DNA of 64,000 nt from Nitrososphaeria archaeon (GCA_046536595.1 JAWDMM010000002.1:6248-70247), one strand, 5' to 3'. Shown: positions 40,051 through 49,158, numbered from the stretch's first letter. Numbers and translations: made by a program. Notes: a model not told the origin generated them from the letters alone.

Positions 40051-41507
40051 TCCAGTTTGACCTTCTAAAGCTAAGCGATGCCCCTGAAATTGAAGACAAA
40101 AATAATCTAAAGAAAGATTTAGAGCTGGAGAAAATAATAGAAATAATAGCCCAAAAGGATGATCTGGTACAAAAGGTATGGGAGCATGTGCTTTTGTTAT
40201 CTAAAGCCGATATCAATTCTATAAAATACAGACAGGAAGCTGTTAAAGATGCTATTCAGAATAGAGATACAGTATTAAACATGTACAAATTTACGGGGGA
40301 GGTCATAGATAGGACAATAAGGGCGGCATTTATTGTTACGTACGATAATCCAGAGTTAATAGTTTACGATACAGCAAATGGGATAAAGGTAATGATAGAT
40401 GCGTTAAAAGATTTAAAAGACATTCTTGATAGATCGAGCTTCTTATCTGAAGCTTTTCGGGAACTGATAAGCTCTATAAAAGAGAACATAGATGACAATT
40501 TTATAGTTTCCGCAAAAGAACTAATGGGTTTTCTTGATATTAGAAGTGGCACAGAATTTTCTGTTAGGCTCAGCATGTACAACACTTTAAGTGACCCTGT
40601 ATTTTTAATTCATGAAAAGGAAAGGAGCTTAATGAAAAGAATAATTAGCAGGAAAAATGATTACGTTTTTAGATTGGAGCCGCGAGATGAAGTAGGTGCA
40701 GAAATTTTGGGAAAGATTAATGAATGGGTTTTAAGTGGTTTGGCTCCAACAATGCTTGAGGCTTATGAGCATTTATTGCAGTTTTTCACAACCTTACATA
40801 CGCAACTGGCTTTCTTTGTAGGCGCCATAAACCTTTACGATTTCTTTAAAAAGATCGAACTGCCTTTGGCTTATCCAGATTTTTCTGAAGGTACAATATC
40901 ATTTCGCGATCTATACTGCCTCTCCTTGGCAATATCAAAAAATGAAAAACCTGTCCCAAATTCTCTTGATGTCCATAACATAAATGCATTCATAATAAGT
41001 GGGATCAATAAAGGCGGCAAAACTACATTCTTAAAAGCTATAGGTCAAGCAATACTGCTTGCAAGGGCCGGGCTCTTTGTGCCGGCCAATAATTTTATAA
41101 TTCCATCTTCGGGGAATGTTTTTACTCATTTTCAGAGAGAGGAAGAAAGGACACTGTCATATGGGAAATTTGAAGAAGAAATAATAAGGTTCAGAAAAAT
41201 AATTGAATCGCTAAAGGCTGGAGACTATGTTTTAATGAACGAAAGCTTCTCATCAACTAACCAGGTTGAGGCATCCGTAGTAGCTAAACAAGTTGTATCT
41301 GCCCTAATAGATAGCAAAATAACTGTTTTTTACGTTACGTTTTTGCAGGACTTCATATATGATTTTATTAAAGAAAATAAAAATAAGGCCGTTCTATTAA
41401 CCCCTGAAAGGCTAAAAGATGGAACAAGAACGTTCAAGTTAGTACAAGGCTTTGTTCAGTCAGGATATGCGTTAGAGATATGGGACAAATATTTTATGGA
41501 AAATTGA
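40047..41507 (+). CDS. MutS-family ABC ATPase (core/lever plus domain V only), paralog 2
   Basis: 486 aa with Walker A ISGINKGGKTTF, the signature region TLSYGKFEEEIIRF, and Walker B YVLMNESFSSTN. The start ATG overlaps the upstream stop by 4 nt. Confidence 0.75.
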   Translation: MIQFDLLKLSDAPEIEDKNNLKKDLELEKIIEIIAQKDDLVQKVWEHVLLLSKADINSIKYRQEAVKDAIQNRDTVLNMYKFTGEVIDRTIRAAFIVTYDNPELIVYDTANGIKVMIDALKDLKDILDRSSFLSEAFRELISSIKENIDDNFIVSAKELMGFLDIRSGTEFSVRLSMYNTLSDPVFLIHEKERSLMKRIISRKNDYVFRLEPRDEVGAEILGKINEWVLSGLAPTMLEAYEHLLQFFTTLHTQLAFFVGAINLYDFFKKIELPLAYPDFSEGTISFRDLYCLSLAISKNEKPVPNSLDVHNINAFIISGINKGGKTTFLKAIGQAILLARAGLFVPANNFIIPSSGNVFTHFQREEERTLSYGKFEEEIIRFRKIIESLKAGDYVLMNESFSSTNQVEASVVAKQVVSALIDSKITVFYVTFLQDFIYDFIKENKNKAVLLTPERLKDGTRTFKLVQGFVQSGYALEIWDKYFMEN

Positions 41508-41891
41508 AAATATAACTAGATCAAACTTTTAAACCCCTTCCCATAACTAGCGATATTATTGCAGCTATTACAGAAGCTAACCGTTACATCATATGCACAA
41601 ACCTTTTGAATAGCTTCACCTAGCAACCCAATAACGCTTCTTGCTCTAAGGTCTTCGGCAAGCTTCCTTTTTATAGAAAAACCTTCTATAAGTCATCGAA
41701 TGCCATAATTTGTTGTCTTTTTTGTATCCAAGCTCTGTGTACTTCCTGCCTTCTTCAGCTACCTCTATAGCTATAAGTTGCTGTTTTGTCCATTATTTTA
41801 GAAGCTTTGCATACTTAGCAACAACCTCATCTGGGAATCTCGCTCCTTGAAAACCCAAAAAAGTTAAATATTAAAATATTCAAGGCTTGTT

Positions 41892-42536
41892 ATGATTTCA
41901 GGCGTGGTGTTTGATCTTGATGGGACGCTGATAGATAGTGCAGAACAGCTTGCGATAGCATGGTCTAAAGCTTTAAAAGAGTTTGGGTACGATGTAAAAC
42001 CATCAGAAATAAGAAAGTATGTTGGTCTTTCGCCAGCTGTGCTTATCTCAAAGTTCATAAGCAACCTGAGTAACGATGATTTAGAAATGATAAAGAGCTT
42101 AAGGAAAAGGCACTTTATAGAAAACATAAATAGAATTAAGATGTTTCCAGATGCTGTTTCCTGCTTATCAAATTTAAGGAGTATTGGGGTCAATGCTTCA
42201 ATAGCAACAAGCTTGGGCAGGGATATGATTGATGAAATAGTAAAGCACTTTAACCTTGATAGGATGGTCTGCTGCTGGGTTACCGGTGAAGACGTAAAAA
42301 ACCCAAAGCCAGAGCCCGACGTATTCTTAAAGGCATTTGAAAAAATGAATTTAACGCCAAGGGAGGGCATCGTTGTGGGAGACAGAGAATATGACATAAT
42401 AGGTGGTAAAAGGGCCGGTTCACTTACAGCACTCATTGTAAGGGATCAGTACAGCAAAACAAATAGCGTGCAGCCAGACTACATAATACACAGCTTGGAT
42501 GAACTTCTTGAAATAATAAAGAAGATTAATTTCTAA
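41892..42536 (+). CDS. HAD-superfamily phosphatase (PGP/beta-PGM-like)
   Basis: 214 aa with motif I VVFDLDGTLIDS, motif II IATS, and motif IV VVGDREYDIIGGKRAG. Confidence 0.8.
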   Translation: MISGVVFDLDGTLIDSAEQLAIAWSKALKEFGYDVKPSEIRKYVGLSPAVLISKFISNLSNDDLEMIKSLRKRHFIENINRIKMFPDAVSCLSNLRSIGVNASIATSLGRDMIDEIVKHFNLDRMVCCWVTGEDVKNPKPEPDVFLKAFEKMNLTPREGIVVGDREYDIIGGKRAGSLTALIVRDQYSKTNSVQPDYIIHSLDELLEIIKKINF

Positions 42537-42833
42537 CACATCCTATCTTCTGAAGGTCATAGTTTTACTGCTTCCCAAAAACCCCTAACATCCTATAAGA
42601 GCTTTTCCTCTTCTTTGTGAGTGATTTTTGCTTTAATTCATTTCGCTTAATTTAATGTTTTATTTAAGAAATTTTTGGAGGATACTCATGATTGCTCTTT
42701 TATTAGTCGTATTTTTCAGGTTTTGCGCGGGGCTGCTAATGGTTGCTTTATGAAGATTCATTGTAATGTAAATACGCTTAATTTTAGACTAATATTTTTA
42801 TTTATGCATAAGCATTACATTTCAGCTTTTACA

Positions 42834-44564
42834 TTAAAACCTAGATATATAAATTATAATAAATAGAAACATTATAATTAGATATATTATGTATATATTT
42901 ATTTGGCTGTTCATTACATAATATGATATATATTTGGCAATTTTTTTGCATGTCAGTGTAAATTTGACTAGCGAATCCCAGAATATGTTTCTTGCATATG
43001 TATATTCATTAGGTGTATACAATGATTTGAGTATAAGTTTTAGGTTATTGCTAAATGCACTTGGTGTATACTTTTCCTGAATTGCTTCTCCATTGTTCCA
43101 AACTGGTACTCTCCTAAGTTTGTTCTTTCCAAATGCAAAATATGTCACTAATGTAAACAAGCCTATAAGAAGGCCTACATATAAAGGCGAAATTCCACCA
43201 AAAGTTGACCCAGATTCTTTAAGGGAGATTATAATGAAATATGTAAAAAGATTTGGTGCAGAGCTAGTAAAAATTGAATCAAGCGCATTAACTATTATTG
43301 AAGAGATCATGCCAGAAAATAGCACGATTAGACCCATTATAAAAATGGAAAAGTTTCCCTTTTTTTCTGATGAAGAAAATACACCCGAAAAGGCTATGAA
43401 TTTAATCATAACTGCCGTGATCAAACCTTCAGTCATTGCCATTATCGTTCCCACAAATAAGAAGAGAAGACCAAATAATGAATTTCTTTCAACGAATGCT
43501 GACATGAACATTATCTCGAGAAGCATCCAGGTTGCAACGCCTCCTATATTAGGAAGCAAACCTGAAAGTGACGATGCAAGAAGAAGCCTGCCCACATCAA
43601 CCTGTCTAGAACTTATTCCGGTTGAACTTGACATATATTCGCTTTTTATAAGCCCACTTATCATAAATATTCCGCTTTTTGCAAAAGAATGGGCCAAGCT
43701 GAAAAGGGCAACACCTATAACAGAAAATAATGCAATAGTATTATTAGGGGCAAACAGCGAAACCCCCAGCAGAAGAAGAATTGACCCATAACTTTCGACT
43801 GAACTATATGCTGGAAGCATCTTATAATGATCTGAAGCGTGTGAATACAGTGCGCCAAAGAATGCAGTAAATGCGCCTACACTTATAAGCAGTAACCCCA
43901 GATCGGGGTCAATTGGGCTAAGCATTGACATTTTAATTATTCCATAAACACCCATGAGTGGCATTGTTGCACTTAATGCTGCAGAAACGTTTGCCGGTGC
44001 ACTGCTATGGGCTATTGGCAGCCATTCTACAAGTAAAAATGGAAATGCCCCCATTTTTAATAGAAAGCCTATTACTGTTAAATCCAATGGAAGCGTCGAC
44101 GTAAGACGAGTAAAGGCAATTGAGCCTGTCTGCGAATATGCTAGCGCAAACCCCAGCAGTATAAATATAGTGCTAAGTTCGCTAAACGCCATAAAAATAA
44201 ATGATGGAAAGCTCTTTTCCCTATGTATGCCCAAAATAAAATATGCAGATATACTCATTATTTCCCAGCCGCTCAAAAATATCAGATAGTTCCCTGAAGT
44301 CAGCACCAACGACATGCCAGCTAACATAATTGCAAACAGAGGAGAAAGCCACCTGCCATATCTGTCATAGGAAATCGAATAGATTGATATCATTGCCCAA
44401 GATACGCTGGTTATAAGCCAAAACAGGTGCAATATGTTAAAGCTAAAAACTGCTACTGCAGCCATAAAAATCGAAGTAATGACTAACGCAAAATATCCAG
44501 TTTTTCTATTTGCTATAGCCAATATGGCTGAAAAGAAAAATAATGTAGGTATGATAATATTCAT
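42834..44564 (-). CDS. NuoL/HycC/HyfB-like antiporter-type membrane subunit
   Basis: 576 aa and polytopic, with the proton-pumping-subunit motif LVEWLPIAHSSAPANVSAALSATM. Confidence 0.8.
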   Translation of the reverse strand: MNIIIPTLFFFSAILAIANRKTGYFALVITSIFMAAVAVFSFNILHLFWLITSVSWAMISIYSISYDRYGRWLSPLFAIMLAGMSLVLTSGNYLIFLSGWEIMSISAYFILGIHREKSFPSFIFMAFSELSTIFILLGFALAYSQTGSIAFTRLTSTLPLDLTVIGFLLKMGAFPFLLVEWLPIAHSSAPANVSAALSATMPLMGVYGIIKMSMLSPIDPDLGLLLISVGAFTAFFGALYSHASDHYKMLPAYSSVESYGSILLLLGVSLFAPNNTIALFSVIGVALFSLAHSFAKSGIFMISGLIKSEYMSSSTGISSRQVDVGRLLLASSLSGLLPNIGGVATWMLLEIMFMSAFVERNSLFGLLFLFVGTIMAMTEGLITAVMIKFIAFSGVFSSSEKKGNFSIFIMGLIVLFSGMISSIIVNALDSIFTSSAPNLFTYFIIISLKESGSTFGGISPLYVGLLIGLFTLVTYFAFGKNKLRRVPVWNNGEAIQEKYTPSAFSNNLKLILKSLYTPNEYTYARNIFWDSLVKFTLTCKKIAKYISYYVMNSQINIYIIYLIIMFLFIIIYISRF

Positions 44565-45166
44565 TGCATTTCACCGTATTTTATTTTAACCAAGGTGTAA
44601 AGATATGTGTATGGATTTGGGGGGCATCCAGGCACCACGGCATCAAACTTTATGGGCATTTTGCTCATAATGGCACCACTGCAACCAGCTATCGCAATTT
44701 TTGGTTCAGGCATTGAATCATATGCTCTTACTAATGGTTCTATCATTTTTTCTGATAACTTCCCAAGGACTATAAGGGCATCAGCGTGTTTTGGAGTGTT
44801 AACAAAAAAAATCCCAAATCTACTAATATCATAATGTGGACTTGTCAAAGCATTTAATTCTAAATTGCATCCGCCGCATGATCCAACATCTATTGGATAA
44901 ATAAACAAAGATTTCTTAAACGCTTTATTATAATTGTTAACAATTCCTATTCTGGAATCACCTGTTGGATGGTAATTAGGAAAACACATTCTGCAAAAAA
45001 TGCATTTTTCAGGATCCCATTTACCTTCGTTTATGGCACCAGTTGGACAGTAGCTATTGCCCTTTCCCGTGATTCTGGTTGACCAACCGGGCAAGTATTC
45101 TTGATTCCCCACTGGAAATCTTTCAGTCTTTATTCCATTTTTTAATCCCTTTAAAAACCAGTTCAT
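44561..45166 (-). CDS. NuoB/HycG-like [4Fe-4S] small subunit with an N-terminal single-cluster ferredoxin stub
   Basis: 201 aa. The C-terminal part has VGSCGGCNLE .. IAGCSGA .. VPGCPPNP (HycG/NuoB cysteine pattern). The N-terminal part has ..YCPTGAI..(12 aa)..CIFCRMCFPNYHP, which is one CP plus one CxxCxxC. Confidence 0.75.
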   Translation of the reverse strand: MNWFLKGLKNGIKTERFPVGNQEYLPGWSTRITGKGNSYCPTGAINEGKWDPEKCIFCRMCFPNYHPTGDSRIGIVNNYNKAFKKSLFIYPIDVGSCGGCNLELNALTSPHYDISRFGIFFVNTPKHADALIVLGKLSEKMIEPLVRAYDSMPEPKIAIAGCSGAIMSKMPIKFDAVVPGCPPNPYTYLYTLVKIKYGEMQ

Positions 45167-46284
45167 ACAAATTTCACCCCCAATTCAGACGACCAAATCC
45201 CAAAACTTTCCCAGTTAAATGGAAAATCAGTAAATATATTACCCACCATTGACTTTACAAAAAAATCTAAATTGATTTCTGATGGCGAAAGCAAATAAAC
45301 TTCTTTTATTTTTTCATCAATTATTTTTACAAAATACGCCAGGTCCCCTGATGGCGATTCCACCCTTCCAATCCCATCGCCGTTAATCACTGGCGGCGTA
45401 ATCGCATACTTGGTTTTGATTATGTCAAGTGCGTTGTAAATTATTTCTGCAGATTTTTCTATTTCTGAAGCTCTGACCATGAACCTTCCAAGTGCATCAC
45501 CGCTTTCTTGTAATATACCGCCTTTAAAATCAAGGTCGCTATAAGGTAAGTAGTCAGCGTCAATTCTCGCATCATAGTTAAAGCCTGCTGCACGAGCTGC
45601 AGGTCCAATTAAGCTATCATCCTTTATGATACCATTTTTGTCCAATCTATCAAGAAATATTCTAGTATCAAGCAGGTCATTAAATATTTCATTAAACTGT
45701 TTAACAATAATTGAAAGCTGACCCCTAAGTTCTTGAAATTTACCAACTTCGCTGTTAAAGAAAAATCTATGACCATAAGCTACATCTATGGCTCTATTTA
45801 TAAGTTCACGAAGATAAAAAAGCATGTTTGATGCAACTCCCTGGGAAGATGCTTCAACCATTCGGCCTATCACATGTAAATTATTTCTTATCCTTTCTAG
45901 TTCAATTCTAACTATCATATCAAGCTTCATATTATAATCTATATCCTTGCTACATGCAATAAGAAACGCAGCGCGATGAGCCGCTGAAAAGTTGGCATTT
46001 ATGCGCTCCACTACTGCAAGAGCGTCTTTGACCTTCATGCCAGATATCGTAAAAATTCTATCCTTATATAGCATTGGCCTTATCTTCAATATTTTTTCTC
46101 CAGAAGTATGTATGTTAAATCCAATCGATTCTATTAAACCCCCAGCAGAAGGGCCATACATAAAATTAAACGTCCCATATTCCTGTTCTATAGTGGGCTC
46201 AGGGCTTATTACTTCAGCTTTTTCTAGTCCATTTGAAAAAAGCACATAATCACCCAGTCTTCCAATTTTTCTACCTCTGTTCAT
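45163..46284 (-). CDS. NuoD/HycE-like large subunit homolog lacking NiFe-binding cysteines
   Basis: 373 aa. VERINANFSAAHRAAF sits where hydrogenases have ERxCGxCxxxH. The C-terminus ..NWESFGIWSSELGVKFV sits where DPCxxCxxR/H is expected. The only cysteine is a single residue in FLIACSKD. No NuoC-like domain. Confidence 0.75.
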   Translation of the reverse strand: MNRGRKIGRLGDYVLFSNGLEKAEVISPEPTIEQEYGTFNFMYGPSAGGLIESIGFNIHTSGEKILKIRPMLYKDRIFTISGMKVKDALAVVERINANFSAAHRAAFLIACSKDIDYNMKLDMIVRIELERIRNNLHVIGRMVEASSQGVASNMLFYLRELINRAIDVAYGHRFFFNSEVGKFQELRGQLSIIVKQFNEIFNDLLDTRIFLDRLDKNGIIKDDSLIGPAARAAGFNYDARIDADYLPYSDLDFKGGILQESGDALGRFMVRASEIEKSAEIIYNALDIIKTKYAITPPVINGDGIGRVESPSGDLAYFVKIIDEKIKEVYLLSPSEINLDFFVKSMVGNIFTDFPFNWESFGIWSSELGVKFV

Positions 46285-47591
46285 ATATAAATCACCAAAA
46301 ATAATCCTAATAATAGAGGCACTAAAGATGCTATAACTGCTACTGCCGCCATAATTTTTGGATCAGACTGCCTTTTGTTTCCGCTAAATACCATCTTTGT
46401 TACATTGTAGTTTACTGATATAAATGCCAGAGCTATGATTAAGGCAAGAAATATTGCCTCATACGTTAGTCCAATTTTAAAAAGCTGTATCAATATAAGG
46501 AATTCTCCTACAAAGTTTGCAAATGGGGGTGCTCCTGTAACTGCAAGTGAAGAAAGTATCAATGATGATGATGTAAATCTTAATCCTTGGGCACCGTTTA
46601 CATCATCAATATTTTTTGTGCCATACTTGCGGTTTATTATGCCAGAAGAATAAAACGCACCTGCTTTCGCAAACGCATGGGCTATGAGCAAAATCTCGGC
46701 ACCAATTATACCAAGCCCGCCTATAACAAATCCTATCAATGCTATATTCATGTTTTCCATTGAGGAATAAGCAAACATCCTCTTGAAATTCTTTTGATTG
46801 AGCAATGCTATTGAAGCAAAGGTAACTGACATCATTCCGAATGCAATAAAAAGTACCATTTCGGGATCAAGCTGGTAAACCATATAAAGCACGTAAAGCG
46901 CAGTGGGGAGCAGTATTCCAGAAAACATGGCACTTACTGGGGCTGGAGCCTCGCTATGAGCATCAGGAAGCCATGTGTGTACAGGGAAAACCCCTATCTT
47001 AGTACCAAACCCGACAAGAGCTATTCCTACGGCAAGTGCGAGAACCTTGGAATTTTTAGTGATCGCTAGGGCCGTAGATACTGTCAGCGTGCCCAACGAA
47101 TAATAAATAAGTATAATTGAAATAAAAGCCACAGCGACACCGGCAGAAACTAGCACAATGTATCTCCATGCAGCTTCTATGGAGGTTTCAGACTTCTCCA
47201 TAAATAGCAATAGAGCGGAAGTGATAGTTGTTGCCTCTATACCTACCCACATAAGCCCATAGTTATTGACCATAACGGTAAAAATCATAGATGCTGCAAA
47301 TAGGTCAATTAAAGCATAGTATAAATTTTCAGAAAGTGAAGGATTAGCAATGTAATTCAAGGAATAGATCGTAGATAACAGATAAATTGAAACGATCATA
47401 ATAACAAACAACCATGAAATTTTATTAATTAGATAAAAATTTACCTGCAAGTGCTTATAAAGTAGCAGTGAAAGCAGAAGGTCGACAGAAGATGTAGCAA
47501 TAGATGTTTGCTTGTACCACCGCGTAAATCCTGAAAGTGAAGCCAAAGCCGGCATCATAATTATCAGAGTAGGCAATAACATGGTTATCAA
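46281..47591 (-). CDS. NuoM/N/HyfF-like antiporter-type membrane subunit
   Basis: 436 aa and polytopic, with the motif FPVHTWLPDAHSEAPAPVSAMFSGILL. Confidence 0.8.
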   Translation of the reverse strand: MITMLLPTLIIMMPALASLSGFTRWYKQTSIATSSVDLLLSLLLYKHLQVNFYLINKISWLFVIMIVSIYLLSTIYSLNYIANPSLSENLYYALIDLFAASMIFTVMVNNYGLMWVGIEATTITSALLLFMEKSETSIEAAWRYIVLVSAGVAVAFISIILIYYSLGTLTVSTALAITKNSKVLALAVGIALVGFGTKIGVFPVHTWLPDAHSEAPAPVSAMFSGILLPTALYVLYMVYQLDPEMVLFIAFGMMSVTFASIALLNQKNFKRMFAYSSMENMNIALIGFVIGGLGIIGAEILLIAHAFAKAGAFYSSGIINRKYGTKNIDDVNGAQGLRFTSSSLILSSLAVTGAPPFANFVGEFLILIQLFKIGLTYEAIFLALIIALAFISVNYNVTKMVFSGNKRQSDPKIMAAVAVIASLVPLLLGLFLVIYI

Positions 47592-48214
47592 CCTCTTAAT
47601 TCTTCCATGGGGAAGTGCTCTTCCTTTTCAATTATAACTACGGTAGAAATTATGACGAGGCCTATAACATCGAGAAGCACACTAGCTTCAATAAGAAGCG
47701 GTAGGCTTATTATAAAAAGGCCAAACAGCACAAGTGCATTTTCCTCTTCCACATAACCTATTATCTGAATATGCGTATTCCTCCTTGATGCTATAAGAAA
47801 CAGGCCTTGGAAAAACAGTGCAGTTGCAAAAAGCAGCAGTGCATTGTTTAATTCTAAATACGATATAAAGAAGAATTGAAATATTATAAGTACAAACATT
47901 GTCATGAAAAGATCTATTATAAGAGATGATGCTACACCTTTCAGGGATTCCCTTTTTAGCTCTGGAATAAATTTAAGAGATTTATTTAGCATATGTGTAA
48001 TAGCAATAGCCCTTAATACTATTACCAGAAATCCAAATTCGATCAGATACAAATTGGGTTCTAAGAAACCTATTGCAAGTATCATAACCCCAATGATTAA
48101 CGATTCAATTTCCAACCCAGTAATTGCCGGCTTTATATAGGCCTGTCCCTGAATGTAAAATGCATTTAAAAGTACCAGCATTAAAATTATTTCATAAAAA
48201 GAGTATTGAATCAT
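47588..48214 (-). CDS. HyfE-like (extended NuoK-like) membrane subunit
   Basis: 208 aa. ASRRNTHIQIIGYVEEENALVLFGLF..EASVLLDVIGLVII parallels E. coli HyfE ..SQRNILRQIFGYCLMENGSHLV..EIGIATDAIFAVIV. Confidence 0.7.
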   Translation of the reverse strand: MIQYSFYEIILMLVLLNAFYIQGQAYIKPAITGLEIESLIIGVMILAIGFLEPNLYLIEFGFLVIVLRAIAITHMLNKSLKFIPELKRESLKGVASSLIIDLFMTMFVLIIFQFFFISYLELNNALLLFATALFFQGLFLIASRRNTHIQIIGYVEEENALVLFGLFIISLPLLIEASVLLDVIGLVIISTVVIIEKEEHFPMEELRG

Positions 48215-49158
48215 ATTCCTCCACCAATTATTGTAAATATTAATGAAAGTACAGACACTGTAAAAGCTATTGAAAGATAATCCTGAATTTTAAATAGCCT
48301 TAATTTTGCCAATGATGTTTCAATTATAAGCGATATCCCTATCAGAATTAACCATTTTAAAAACATAACAGCTGGGTCTAAAAGGTAGCCAAATTGCCCA
48401 TTAAACAACCAAAAAGGCATCAAAAATACATTTAGTAGGACGGAACCAAGTAGATATTGTTTCATATAAGACCCCCACTTTAAAATCCCAAGGAGCTTCC
48501 CGCTGTATTCATAGTTAAGCCCCTCATCAATCATTCCCATTTCAGATAAACCAGAGCTTTCTACTGGGAGTCTGCCACTTTCAAACAGCCATAACATAAA
48601 AAATGCTATCGTGCCAAATAAATGATCTAGCAAAAGGTAATTTTCAGGATTACTAACTGTATTTAAAGTTATATAAGGATTGTTTGTTCCTGTAATTAAT
48701 GCAACCGCAAAGAAAACCGAAATCAAGGTACCTTCGCTTAAAAACATAAAGGATGTAACTCTGGCAGCAGATAAAGCCACAAAATTGCTCCTGCTGCTCA
48801 ATGCACCATTGATTTTTATAAATGATGCAAGAGTAAAAAGTATAGCACCCCCAAGAAAATCTACCGTTGCTGTAAAGGCTATGGGCGATGGAATAACAAC
48901 AGGAATAACAAACGAAATAAGTATGTAAATTGCAAATATAATATAGGGAGCAGCTATAAATATCTGGCTGGCTTCAACTGGTATTAAGGTTTCTTTTTTT
49001 AATAATTTGAATATATCATAATATGGTTGCAGAATACTTGGACCTTGCTTGCCTTCTATCATCGCCTTAGCTTTACCAAAAATACCTACATACAATGGCG
49101 CAGAAAATACAGTAAATAAAACCTGTATGACGGCGCCTTCTATGATTTGTAATGACAT
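48211..49158 (-). CDS. NuoH/HycD-like membrane subunit
   Basis: 315 aa. The N-terminus ..APLYVGIFGKAKAMIEGKQGPSILQPYYDIFKLLKKE parallels HycD ..APLLSGITRVARARLHNRRGPGVLQEYRDIIKLL. Confidence 0.8.
   Translation of the reverse strand: MSLQIIEGAVIQVLFTVFSAPLYVGIFGKAKAMIEGKQGPSILQPYYDIFKLLKKETLIPVEASQIFIAAPYIIFAIYILISFVIPVVIPSPIAFTATVDFLGGAILFTLASFIKINGALSSRSNFVALSAARVTSFMFLSEGTLISVFFAVALITGTNNPYITLNTVSNPENYLLLDHLFGTIAFFMLWLFESGRLPVESSGLSEMGMIDEGLNYEYSGKLLGILKWGSYMKQYLLGSVLLNVFLMPFWLFNGQFGYLLDPAVMFLKWLILIGISLIIETSLAKLRLFKIQDYLSIAFTVSVLSLIFTIIGGGI

Noticed and set aside
43093-43791. Long antisense ORFs opposite well-supported genes: 232 aa opposite the NuoL-like gene, 205 aa (31065..31682) opposite hppA, 190 aa (41864..42436) opposite the HAD gene, and many shorter ones.
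   Set aside because: The sense-strand genes carry diagnostic family motifs. The antisense translations are low-complexity (S/P/T/I-rich) shadows with no motifs.
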